A DNA stretch of 64,000 nucleotides from Eledone cirrhosa (lineage: Eukaryota). The stretch is from NCBI GenBank assembly GCA_964016885.1, contig OZ024742.1:2356001-2420000 (forward strand). Reading direction: 5' to 3'. A program made the translations under genes and the position numbers. A model generated the notes under the pieces. It was not told the origin of the DNA, ran no database searches, and worked only from the letters and a program-made list of their open reading frames with translations. Below are positions 26,601-39,459 of the stretch, piece after piece (position 1 is the first letter of the stretch; each line of letters opens with the position of its first letter).

Positions 26601-29600
26601 TTGGCCTTACCCATCTGTCTAAGAGTGGAGGGAGGTTTTACCTCCTTCTCTGGGGTTACCCATCTGTTTAAGAGGGGTGGAGGGTTTTACCTCCATCCCT
26701 GGTCTTACCCATCTGATTAAGAGGGGTGGGGTGTTTTACCTCCGTCACTGGTCTTACCCATCTGCTTAAGAGGGGTAGAGGGTTTTACCTCTATCCCTGG
26801 ATTTACCCATCTGTTTACGAGGGGTGCAGGGGTTTACCTCCATGACCTACCTTACCCATCTGTTTAAGAGGGGTGGAGGGTTTTACCTCCGATACTGGTC
26901 TTACCCATCTGTTATAGAGGGGTGGAGGGTTTTACCTCTATAACTGGTCTTACCCATTTTTTTAAGAGGTGTCGGGGGTTTTACCTCCATCCCAGGCCTT
27001 ACCTATATGTTTAAGTCGGTTTGAAGGTTTTACCTCCATCCCTGGTCTTACCTATCTTTTTATAGGGGTGGAGGGTTTTACCTCCATCCCTGGCCTTACC
27101 CATCTGTTTAAGAGTAGGAGGAGGTTTTACCTCCACCCTGGGGTTACCCATATGTTTAAGAGGGGTGGAGGGTTTTAGCTCCATCCCTGGATTTACCAAT
27201 CTGTTTACGAGATGTGGAGGGGTTTACCTCCATCACCTACCTTACCCATCTGTTTAAGAGGGGTGGAGGGTTTTACCTCCAATACTGGTCTTACCCATCT
27301 GTTATAGAGGGGTGGAGGGTTTTACCTCCATCCCTGGTCTTACCCATTTGTTTAAGAGGGGTGGGGGGTTTTACCTCCATCCCAGGCCTTACCTATATGT
27401 TTAAGTGGGTTTGAAGGTTTTACCTCCATCCCCTGTCTTGCCCATCTTTTTAAGAGGGGTGGAGGGTTTTACCTCCATCACTGGTCTTACCCATCTGTTT
27501 AAGAAGTGTGATGGTTTTAGCTCCATCACTGCTCTTACCCATCTGTTTAGGAGGGGTGGAGGGTTTTACTTCCATCCCAGGCCTTACCCATCTGTTTAAG
27601 TGGGGTTGAAGGTTTTACCTCCATCCCTACTCTTACCCATCTTTTTAAGAGGGGTGGAGGGTTTTACCTCCATCACTGGCCTTACCCATCAATTTAAGAG
27701 GGGTGGAGGGCTTTACCTCCATCCATGGTCTTACTCATTGTGTAAGATGGGTGGAGGGTTTTACCTCCATCACTGGTCTTACCCATCTGTTTAATAGGGG
27801 AGGGGGCTTTCACCTCGACCCATGGCCTTACCCATCTGTTTAAGAGGGGTGGAGGGTTTTACCTCCATCACTGGTCTTACCCATCTTTTAAGTGGGGTGC
27901 AGTGTTTTACCGCCAACCTTGACCTTACGAATCAGTTTAGGAGGGGTGGAGGGTTTTACCACTATCCCTGGTCTTACCGATCTGTTTAAGAGTGGTGGAG
28001 GGTTTTACCTCCAAGGCGGACCTTACCCATATGTTTAAGAGTGGTGGGGGTTGGTTTTACCTCCAGCCCTGGCCTTACCTATCTGTTTAAGAGGGGTGAA
28101 GGGTTTTATCTCCATCCCTGGGGTTACCCATCTGTTTAATAGGGATGCAGGGTTTTACCTCCATCCCTGGTCTTACCCATCTGTTGAAGAGGGGTGGAGG
28201 GTTTTACCTATATCACTGGTCTTACCCATCTGTTTAACTGGTGTGCAGTGTTTTACCGCCATCCTTGACGTTACGAATCAGTTTAAGAGGGGTTGAGGGG
28301 TTTACCTCTATCCCTGGTCTTACTCACATATTTAAGAGGAGTGGAGGGTTTTACCTCCATAACAGACCTTACCCATATATTTAAGAGTGGTGAAGGGTTG
28401 GTTTTACCTCCATCCTTGACCTTACCCATCTGCTTAGAGGGGTGGAGGGTTTTACCTCCATACTAGCTTTACCTATCCTTTTAAGCGGGGTGGAGCAGTT
28501 TACCTCTATCCCTGGCCTTACCCATCTATTTAAGAGGTTTGGTGGCTTTTACCTCCATCACTGGTCTACATATCTGTTTTAGAGGGGTGAAGCGTTTTAC
28601 CTCCATACTGCCCTTACCCATCTTTTAAGAGGGGTGGAGGGTTTTACCTCCATCACTGGTCTTACCCATCATTTTAAGGGTGGTGGGGGGTTTCACCTCC
28701 AACACGGGCCTTACCCATCATTTTGAGAGGGGTGGAGGGCTTTACCTACATCACTAGTCTTACCCATCTGTTTAAGAGGGGAAGTGGGTTTCACCTCCAT
28801 CCATGGCCTTACCCATCTGTTTAAGAGGGGTGGAGTGTTTCACCTCCATCCCTGGTCTTATCTATCTGCTTAAGAAGGGTGGAGGATTTTTCCTCCATCA
28901 CTGGCCTTACCCAATCGTTTAAGAGGAGTGGAGGGCTTTACCTCCAGCTCTGGTCTTACCCATCTGTTTATTAGGGGTGGAGGGTTTTACCTCCATCACT
29001 GGTATTACCCATCTGTTTAAGAGGGGCGGAGGGTTTTACCTCCATCGTTGGCCTTACCCATCTCTTTAAGAGGGGTGGTGGGTTTTACCTCCATAACTGT
29101 CTTACCCATCTGTTTAAGAGGGGTGGAGAGTTTTTTACCTCTATCCCTGGTCTCACCCAACTGTTTAAGAGGGGTGGAGAGTTTTACCTCCATCACAGAC
29201 CTTACCCATATGTTTAAGAGGGGTGGAGGGTTTTACCACCATCACTCGCTTTAGCCATCTGTTTAAGCGATGTGGAGGGTTTTACCTCTATCCCTGGCCT
29301 TACCCATCTGTTTAAGAGGGGTGGAGTGTTTTACCTCCATCACTGTTCTTACCCATCTATTAAAGAAGGATGGAGGGTTTTACCTCCATATGGGATGGAG
29401 GTAAAACCCTCCATCACTCTTAAACAGATGGGTTAGACCAGTGATGGAGGTAAAACCCTCCACCCCTCTAAAAAATGGGTAAAACCAGTAATGGAAGTAA
29501 AACCCTCCGCCTACTTAATGAGATGGTTAAGGCCAGGGATGACGGTAAAATCCTCCACCCCTCTCAAACAGATGTGTCATGCAGGTGATGGAGATAAAAC

Positions 29601-32600
29601 CCTCGACCCCTCGTAAACAGATGGGTAAGACCAGGGATGGAGGTAAAACCCTCCACCCCTCTTTAACAGATGGGTAAGACCAGGGATGGAGGTAAAACCT
29701 TCAAACCTCTTAAAAAGATGGGTAAGACCAGTGATGGAGGTAAAACCTTCAAACCCACTTAAACATATAGGTAACGCATGGGATGGAAGTAAAAACCCCC
29801 ACCCCTCTTAAACATCTGTTTAAGCGGGTTTGAAGGTTTTACCTCCATCTCTGATCTTACCCATCTTTTTAAGATGTGTGGAGGGTTTTAGCTCCATCAC
29901 TTGTCTTACACATCTGTTTAAGAGGGGTGGAGGGTTTTAACTCGATCACCTGCCTTACCCATCTGTTTAAGAGGGGTGGAGGGTTTTACCTCCGATACTT
30001 GTCTTACACATCTGTTATAGAGGAGTGGAGGGTTTTACCCCCATCACTGGTCTTACCCATCTGTTTAAGAGGGGTGGTGGGTGTTACCGCCATGCCTGGC
30101 CTTACCCATTTTTTTATGAAGGGTGGAGGTTTTTACCTCCATTACTGGTGTTACCCATCTGTTTAAGAGGGGTTGGGGGTTTTACCTCCATCACTGGCCT
30201 TACCCATCTTTTCAGAGGGTGGAGGGCTTTAACTCCATCTCTGGCCTTATCCATCTGTTTAAGAGGGGTGGTGGGTTTTACCTCCATCACTGGTCTTACC
30301 CATCTGTTTAAGAGGGGTGGAGGGTTTTTTACCTCTATCCCTGGTCTTACCCATCTTTTTAAGAGGGGTGGAGGGTTGGTTTTACCTCCATACCTGGCCT
30401 TACCAATCTGTTTAAAAGGGGTGGAGGGTTTTACCACCATAACTCGCTTTACCCATCTGTTTAAGCGATGTGGAGGGTTTTACCTCATCCCTGGCCTTAC
30501 CCATCTGTTTAAGAGGGATGGAGCGTTTTACCTCCATCACTGGTCTTACCCATCTGTTTAAGAGGGGTGGTGGGTGTTACCGCCATGCCTGGCCTTACCC
30601 ATTTTTTTATGAAGGGTGGAGGTTTTTACCTCCATTACTGGTGTTACCCATCTGTTTAAGAGGGGTTGGGGGTTTTACCTCCATCACTGGCCTTACCCAT
30701 CTTTTCAGAGGGTGGAGGGCTTTAACTCCATCTCTGGCCTTATCCATCTGTTTAAGAGGGGTGGTGGGTTTTACCTCCATCACTGGTCTTACCCATCTGT
30801 TTAAGAGGGGTGGAGGGTTTCTTACCTCTATCCCTGGTCTTACCCATCTTTTTAAGAGGGGTGGAGGGTTGGTTTTACCTCCATACCTGGCCTTACCAAT
30901 CTGTTTAAAATGGGTGGAGGGTTTTACCACCATAACTCGCTTTACCCATCTGTTTAAGCGATGTGGAGGGTTTTACCTCATCCCTGGCCTACCCATCTGT
31001 TTAAGAGGGATGGAGCGTTTTACCTCCATCACTGGTCTTACCCATCTATTAAAGAAGGGTGGAGGGTTTTACCTCCGTCCCTGGTCTTACCCATCTGTTT
31101 ACGAGGGGTCGAGGGTTTTACCTCCATCACCTGCATTACCCATCAGATTGAGAGGGGTGGAGGGTTTTACCTCCATCACTGCTCTTACACATCTTTTTAA
31201 GAGGGGTGGAGGGTTTTACTACCATTACTGGTTTTACCCATTATTTAAGAGGGGTGGAGGGTTTTACCTCCATCACTGGTCTTACCCATCTTTTTAAGAG
31301 GGATGGAGGGTTTTACCTCTATCCCAGGCCTAACCCATCTGTTTAAGCGGGTTTGAAGATTTTACCTCCATCCCTGGTCTTACCCATCCCTTTAAGAGGT
31401 GTGGAGGGTTTTACCTCCGTAACTGGTTTGACCCATTGTTTACGAGGGGTGGAGGGTTTTACCTCGATTACATGCCTTACCCATCTGTTTAAGAGGGGTG
31501 GAGGGTTTTACCTCCGATACTTGTCTTACCCATCTGTTATAGAGGAGTGGAGGGTTTTACCTCTATCACTGTTCTTACCCATCTTTTTAAGAAGGGTGCA
31601 GGGTTTTACTTCCATTACTGGTGTTACCCATCTGTTTAAGAGGGGTGGGGGGTTTTACCTCCATCACTGGCCTTACCCATCTGTTTAAGAGGGTGGAGTG
31701 CTTTATTCCATCCCTGGTTTTACACATCTGTTTACGAGGGGTGGAGGGTTTTACCTCGATCACATGCCTTACCCATCTGTTTAAGAGGGGTGCAGGGTGT
31801 TACCACCATCTCTGGCCTTACCCATCTGTTTAAGAGGGGTGGTGGGTTTTACCTCCATCACTGGTCTTACCCATCTGTTTAAGAGGGGTGGAGGGTTTTT
31901 TACCTCTATCCCTGGTCTTACCCATCTGTTTAAGAGGGGTAGAGGGTTTTACCACCATCTCTCGCTTTACCCATCTGTTTAAGCGATGTGGAGGGTTTTA
32001 CCTCTATCCCTGGCCTTACCCATCTGTTTAAGAGGGGTGGAGCGTTTTACCTCCATCACTGGTCTTACCCTTGTTTAAGAGGTGTGGACGGTTTTACCTC
32101 CATCACTGTCTTACCAATCTATTTAAGAGGGGTGGAGTGTTTTACCTCCATCCTTGACCTTACGAATCATTTTAAGAGGGGTGGAGAGTTTTAGCTGCAT
32201 CCCTGGTCTTACCCATCTATTTAAGAGAGGTGGAGTGTCTTACCTCTATCCCTGGTCTTACCCATCTGTTTAAGAGGGGTGTAGGGTTTTACCTCCATAA
32301 TAGACCTTACCCATATGTTTAAGAGGGGTGGAGGGTTGTTTTTACCTCCATCCCTGGCCTTACCCATCTGTTTAATAGGGGATGGATGGTTTTACCTCCA
32401 TCCATGGGGTTACCCATCTGTTTAAGAGGCGTGGAGGGTTTTACCTCCATCACTGGTCTTACCCATCTTTTAAGAGGGGTGGAGGGTTTTACCTCAATTA
32501 CCTGCCTTACCCATCTGTTTAAGAGGGGTGGAGGGTTTTACCTCCGATACTGGTCTTACCCATCTGTTATAGAGGGGTTGAGAGTTTTACCTACATCACT

Positions 32601-34583
32601 GGTCTTACCTATCTGTTTAAGATGGGTGGGGGGTTTTACCTCCATCTCAGGCCTTACCTATCTGTTTAAGTGGGTTTGAAGGTTTTACCTCCATCCCTGG
32701 TCTTACCCATCTGTTTAAGAGGGGTGGAGGGTTTTACCTCCATCACTGGTCTTACACATATATTTAAGAGGTGTGTGGGATTTTACCTCCATCACTGCTC
32801 TTACCCATCTGTTAAGAGGGGAGGAGGGTTTTACCTCCATCCCAGGTTCTTATCCATCTGTTTAAGTGGGTTTGAAGGTTTTACATCCATTCCTGGTTTT
32901 ACCCATCTGTTTAAGAGGGGTGGAGGGTTTTACCTCCATCCCTGGTCTTACCCATCTGTATACGAGGGGTCGAGGGTTTTACCTCCATCACCTGCCTTAC
33001 CCATCTGTTTAAGAGGTGTGGAGAGTTTTACCTCCATCCATGGCCTTACCCATCTATTTACGAGGGGTCGAGGGTTTTACCTCCATCACCTGCCTTACCC
33101 TTCTTTAAAGAGGGGTGTAGTGCTTTACCTCCATCCCTGGTCTTACTCATTGTTTAAGAGGGTGGAGGGTTTTACCTCCATCACTGGTCTTACCCATCTG
33201 TTTAAGAGGGGAGGAGGGTTTCACCTCCATCCATGGCCTTACCAATATGTTTAAGAGGGGTGGAGGGTTTTACCTCCATCACTGGTCTTACCCATTGTTT
33301 AACTGGGGTGCAGTGTTTTACCGCCATCCTTGACGTTACGAATCATTTTAAGAGGGGTGGAGGTTTTTTCCTCTATCCCTGGTCTTACCCACATTTTTAA
33401 GAGGGGTGGAGGGTTTTACCTCCATCACAGACCTTACCCATATGTGTAAGAGTGGTGGAGGGTTATACCTCCATACTAGCTTTACCCATCCTTTTAAGCG
33501 GGGTGGAGGCGTTTACCTCCATCACTGGTCTTACCCATCTGTTTAAGTGGGTGCAGTGTTTTACCGCCATCCTTGACCTTACGAATCAGTTTAAGAGGGG
33601 TGGAGGGTTTTACCTCTATCCCTGGTCTTACCCATCTGTTTAAGATGGGTGGAGGGTTTTACCTCCAATACAGACCTTACCCATATGTTTAAGAGTGGTG
33701 GAGGGTTGGTTTTACCTCCATCCCTGGCCTTACCCATCTGTTCAAGAGGGGTGGAGGGTTTTACCTCCATACTGGGGTTACCCATCTGTTTAAGAGGGAT
33801 GCAGGGTTTTACCTCCATCCCTGGTCTTACCCATCTGTTTAAGAGGGGTGGAGGGTTTTACCTCCATCACTGGTCTTACCCATCTGTTTAAGAGGGGTGG
33901 AGGGTTTTACCTCCATTCCTGGTCTTACCCATCTGTTTACGAGGGGTGGAGCGTTTTACCTCCATCACTTGCCTTACCCATCTGTTTAAGAGGGGTGGAC
34001 GGTTTTACCTCCGTACTGGTCTTACCCATCTTTTATAGAGGGGTGGGGTGTTTTACCTCGACACCAGGCCTTACCCATCTGTTTAAGTGGCTTTGAAGGT
34101 TTTACCTCCATCCCTGGTCTTACCCATCTGTTTAAGAGGGGTGGAGGGTTTTACCTCCATCCCTGGTCTTACCCATCTTTTTACGAGGGGTGGCGGGTTT
34201 TACCTCCATCACCTGCCTTACCCATCTGTTTAGGGGGGTGGAGGGTTTTACCTCCATCACTGCTCTTACCCATCTGTTTAAGAGGGGTGGAGGGTTTTAC
34301 CTCCGTCACTGGTCTTACCCATCTGTTTAATAGGGGTGGAGGATTTTACCGTCATCCCTGGCCTTAACCATCTGTTTAAGAAGGGTGGAGGGTTTTCCTT
34401 CCATTACTGGTTCTACCTATTGTTTAAGAGGGGTGGATGGTTTTACCTGCATCACTGGTCTTACCCATCTGTTTTAGAGGGGTGGAGCGTTTTATCTCCA
34501 TCACTGGTCTTACCCATCTTTTAAGAGGGGTGGAAGGTTTTACCTCTATTACTGGTCTTACCCATCCTTTTAAGAGGGGTGGA
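17677..34583. repeat. 49-bp minisatellite array, ~345 units
   Basis: Consensus GGAGGGTTTTACCTCCATCACTGGTCTTACCCATCTGTTTAAGAGGGGT. Period 49 (17678 to 17727). An inverted block lies at 29392-29814. Confidence 0.97.
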
Positions 34584-34611
34584 TTGTGGATGGATTTAAG
34601 ATGAAAATATC

Positions 34612-34830
34612 TGGTGGTGGTGGTAGTGGTGGTGGTGGTGGTGATGTTGGTGGTGGTTGTGGTGGGGTATGTGGTGGTGGTGGTAGGGGGAGTAGTGGTG
34701 GTGGTGGTGGTGGTGGTGCTGGTGGTGGTGGTGTTGGTGGTGATGGTGTTAGTGGTGGTGGTGGTCGTGATGGTGGTAGTGGTGGTGGTGGTGGTGGTAG
34801 TGCTGGTGGTAGTGGTGGTAGTAGTGGCGG
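34612..34830. repeat. (GGT)n-rich microsatellite
   Basis: Direct reading. Confidence 0.9.
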
Positions 34831-35929
34831 AGTAGCTAGGGTTGATCACTACTTCACTGGCTCTCGACTGACATCCTGATTCATCAACACTCAAGGGCAT
34901 TACAGGTGACCCTCCTAAACCCACCAAACACAGTACGGACATCGAACTAGTGAAGTCATTTACTTAAGGAGTTCAACTCTCGATCAGGAAGTCATGGATT
35001 CGAACTTTAGGCTGGACATTGTGTCCTCTGTACTTGCAGCTGGTAGATAGTATTAGAAATGGAAAGATCAATAAAAACATGGTTTCTTTAGCCTCAATAT
35101 AACAATCGATACCTTTCCTTTTAATGGATGCTTGCTAGACAGTCCCCCCCCCCCGGGACATCTCAGACATGTTCGGTAACTGGAGCAAAACTAAACATGT
35201 AGAGTTTATCTGGAACAGGGACTAACCCCCACCACTCCTCCTTGTAGTTTCTTACTCATACTGTCCCCACAGACACAACCAGTCATTGGCGGCCAACAGC
35301 ATGAGAAATCACACACACAGCCACACATACATACATACAGCCACACAATACACACATATACACATATACACATACACACATACAGCCACACATACACAAA
35401 TAGATACATTTAATAATCAAACTGTTACGTACACACCTTGTCTCGAATATTGACACTCACATACATATATATATATTTACACACATACACACACATACAG
35501 AGACACACAAACAGATTACATATACACACCTACATATACTCATATACACACTCAATATTTAAACCTTGACATTAGATGTCCTCACACTCACACTCACACT
35601 CAGACACACATGCATACAGTTGCAGGAATGGAGACACACTAATATACAAGCACACACACACACACACACAAACACACACACGCACAAAATCAAACTGTTA
35701 CATTCGCAATCGATGTCGACACACACACACACCCTTGCAAGTACAAATACGTACTCACATATACACTTAAACACACATAGACACACTTACATATAGTCAC
35801 ACTCAAACATACCCTCACACAGACACACACTCGCTCTCATACATATATACCCACACTCACATATATACACACATACACACACATACACATTGATCTCTAG
35901 ATAGGTGACAACCAAAAATCAAAGTTATC

Positions 35930-36090
35930 TTTAACCAATCGCGCGATAATTAAACTGTTAAGAATTCTTATCGCCATATTGGTAGCAAAGACAAACTAGT
36001 TGTAATACTGAAGCTCCACCTAGCGGTCATATTGTGTTCACCGTAAAATAGATTCACAGCTCAGATCTTCTGAACAACTTCAGTTCTATT
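35930..36090 (+). promoter_or_regulatory. Candidate promoter (CCAAT, CTCF-like motif, TCAGTT initiator)
   Basis: CCAAT at ~35935, CCACCTAGCGG at ~36016-36026 (CCGCTAGGTGG on the minus strand), TCAGTT at 36080-36085, in a short unique-looking stretch. Confidence 0.3.
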
Positions 36091-36119
36091 TCAACTGACG
36101 TTCAGAGATAAACGAATCA

Positions 36120-36195
36120 ATGAGTGAAAAACACAACAAAAACAATTCAAAAATGCAGGCGAGAAAGAAATCTTTCAAAGAACGAAAAACTGTTG
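36120..36195 (+). CDS. Possible first coding exon of an LC3/ATG8-family gene
   Basis: ATG at 36120 gives MSEKHNKNNSKMQARKKSFKERKTV+G, then donor GTGAGT (phase 1). This resembles the LC3 N-terminal FKxRKxF motif and its first-intron position. No exon 2 was found in the window. Confidence 0.35.
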
Positions 36196-36776
36196 GTGAG
36201 TTTTATTTTATCTAAATTATTTAACGTTGTTGGTGTTGTTGTTGTTTATGGTGTTTGTGGTGGTGGTGGTGTTGGTGGTGTTGGTGGTGTTGGTGTTACT
36301 GGTGTTTGTGTTGGTATTGGTGGTGTTGTTCAACTGTTTGGTCAGAGGTAGGGTAGTGTCCATGACAGTTTTCAACATCTCCAAGACTGCTGGAAACGAC
36401 GTTGACAAGAATGTTATGCTCAACTGAAAGACCTGGTCTTGCAAGAAATAGCGTAGGGTTACTATTATTAAACCCCCCCCCCACCTCTCGCTCCAGAAAA
36501 CCTCATGAGATACTGCTAAGCCTACACAGGTTTGCCACAACAAATAATACTACTAAGTATTACTATATCTTTGATTTGACGAGTTCCTCACCACTCGGTA
36601 AGTGAATGAGGTCTGGGATATTAGGAAGGGCAGTAAACGTAACACTTTTCAGAGTCTCTGAGAAAAGGTAAAGAAGAATTCCTCTAAACTGAATTCCTGT
36701 CTAAATATTTGCAACAGAGTAGACCCTGCTAAATGTTTTCCAAGGATCAGGTGTTCGTGTTTAACGAGATGACGAA

Positions 36777-36849
<73 letters not shown>

Positions 36850-36854
<5 letters not shown>

Positions 36855-37063
36855 GTGGTTACACAACAGTTAGTTCACCATACCGAGAACAATTGTTTCA
36901 CCTTAGCGGAACCTCAGCTCGTAATGCTTACGAGCTGAGGATCCGCTAAGGTGAAACAGTTGTTCTCGGTATGGTGAACTAACTGTTGTGTAACCACTTC
37001 TACCTAACTCGTCCCATGTACTGAGTGCTCTACCACTACGGATATTACCTTCCAGTGTTCTGC

Positions 37064-37067
<4 letters not shown>
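36850..37067. mobile_element. Palindromic hairpin element with opposed hammerhead motifs, in (TA)n
   Basis: 75-bp arms 36850-36924 and 36928-37002 with 2 mismatches, loop TGC, 65-bp unpaired tail, (TA)n on both sides. Confidence 0.85.
36931..36968 (+). ncRNA. Minimal type I hammerhead ribozyme
   Basis: CGAG-CTGAGGA-tCCgctaaGGt-GAAAC-agtt-GTT-CTCG: intact core, 4-bp stem I, short self-complementary stem III. Confidence 0.75.
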
Positions 37068-37103
<36 letters not shown>

Positions 37104-37214
37104 CATTTAAAATTTAAAATGTCATGTTTGAAATAATCTCAAACATGCGCCTTATCCCCTAAGAATAAGCTCAAAGAATAAATCTGACCATTTAATCATG
37201 AAAAAATAGTGAAT

Positions 37215-37269
<55 letters not shown>

Positions 37270-37605
37270 AATGATATACATGTACAATATAATATATCTT
37301 TAACTGGAGGTAATCTGTGTTGAATGTAAGAACACATGGTTCAATTCGGTGTCATATTAAAATTTAATAAAAATGTCAAATATAGATATCTATAATTTTT
37401 ATCAGGTATCTATATTTTACATTTTATATTGTACATATATGACCCCCTTCTAGTGTGTACTGGGTGTTTTGTTATGTCACCAGCATGGTCATACAGGGTG
37501 GACTAAGTGTTTTTTGTCATGGCACCAGCGTGGTCACCTTAAAGTGAACTGGTTTTGTCATGGCATGAAATCTTCATTAGATATATATATGTATATGTCA
37601 TTCAC

Positions 37606-37639
<34 letters not shown>

Positions 37640-37645
<6 letters not shown>

Positions 37646-38025
37646 AGTGTAACTTGGAGTTACTGCAGGTTCACCCGGGTGAGCACTCGATGTTTAGGTT
37701 CACTTCTGTGATGAGGTGTAGAGCTATACAGAGTGTAATATATTGAAAAGATAACAAGGACGATTGATTACTCCTTCATTACATTTATTGGTAGGTGACG
37801 CGCGTTTCGCCACTGATCAGCTCAAGGTTCGATCTTACCCGACTCAATAATCGGCAGCTCGACGGACCCTTTTATACCATTTTAAAGGGTCCGTCGTGCT
37901 GCCGATTATTGAGTCGGCTAAGATCGATACAGATCGAACCTTGAGCTGATCAGTGGCGAAACGCGCGTCACCTACCAATAAATGTAATGAGGGAGTAACC
38001 AATCGTCCTTGTTATCCTTTCAATA
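37640..38025. mobile_element. Palindromic hairpin element with two degenerate hammerheads
   Basis: 37741-~37872 pairs with ~37884-38025. Each arm carries GGT-CCGTCG(A/T)-GCTGC...GTGGC-GAAAC-GCGC-GTC-ACC followed by AATAAA. Tail 37640-37740; (TA)n flanks. Confidence 0.8.
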
Positions 38026-38638
38026 TATATATATATATATATTAATTCGTCAGATGAATAAAAACAGTGCGCATGACACTTTTTAGACTATCCGGGACCG
38101 AACGGCTGGAAACTGAAGGCTGGAGAGGGTGGTGGTGGTGTCAAAATGAAGGGAGAGGGGGACAGGAGGAAAAGTATTCTAAAATTGAACATCTAACCCA
38201 AACGTGCTACAAACAGCCAAGTGTGAAGTAGATGATAGATTAACTATACCACCACAGCAGAACGATATCGAGATTTGAATTTAGAATATAAAGAGACTGA
38301 ACATATATTGTAAGACTTCATATTTAACGTTCTAAACATTCAACCAGTCCTCCATGTATGACTGGTATCTTATTGTATCAACCCTTAAATGATGAAGAGC
38401 AAATGTAGCCACAGTGAGACTTGAACCTAGTTCCCAGAAACTCGAAATAAATTCCACGGTGAACTTAGCCCTACACTCTAATGTATTCTTCACTGGATCA
38501 CAGTTGTTGTTGTTGCAGTTGTTAGCCGGAAGTCAGTCCTTGTCGAGCAGTCGTATGATCAAAAGAATTCTAGTCGTGATTACATCATTCATTCTCAAAT
38601 ACCTAAATATGTGTGTGTATGTGTGTATATATATACAT

Positions 38639-38701
<63 letters not shown>

Positions 38702-39028
38702 AGTAGACACTTAAAAAAGGACAAATCATTTTCTAACACCCGCTACACACACACACACAGACACACACCCATATATATATATAAATGTATGTATATATAT
38801 AAATACATATGTGAAGGCGTGTGGCTGAGTGGTTCGAGAATTGGATTCAAAATCATGAGGTTGTGAGTCCGATTCCTGGACCGAGCGATGCGTTATGTCC
38901 TTGAGCAAGACACATTATTTCACGTTGCTCTTTCTACCTGGAGTTGCGACCGATAGAGAGTATTAGCAATTGGTAAAATCGACGAAAACATTGTTTCCTC
39001 GGTCCGATTTGTCGAAAGTCGATCGATC

Positions 39029-39083
<55 letters not shown>

Positions 39084-39459
39084 GCGTGTGTGTAGCGGCC
39101 GATGGAAAATTATTTTTTCCCTTTTTAAGCCTCTTCACACTATAGGCAACTTTTTTAACATCTCCGTCATAAACACACCACTCTTTCGCAAAAGTCCCAG
39201 ATATCAGATATGAGAATATATATATATTTGCTAAACCTTGAGTATATATATATATATATATATATATAATTGTTTCTACTTTTAGCACAAGGCCAGCAAT
39301 TACCCAGTACATTACTGGTACTTTATTTTATCGACCCCGTAAGGATGAAAGGCAAAGTTAACCTCGGCGGGATTTGAACTCAGAATGGCAAGGGCAGTAA
39401 CTCTATGCGTCAAAGCATGGCGTCCAACTCGCTACCGATACTGCCAATTCACCGCATAT

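Noticed and set aside
17677-34583. CRISPR-like palindromic repeats and many ORFs (e.g. 358 aa at 24571)
   Set aside because: Head-to-tail satellite with no unique spacers and no cas genes. The ORFs are chance stop-free frames of the 49-mer.
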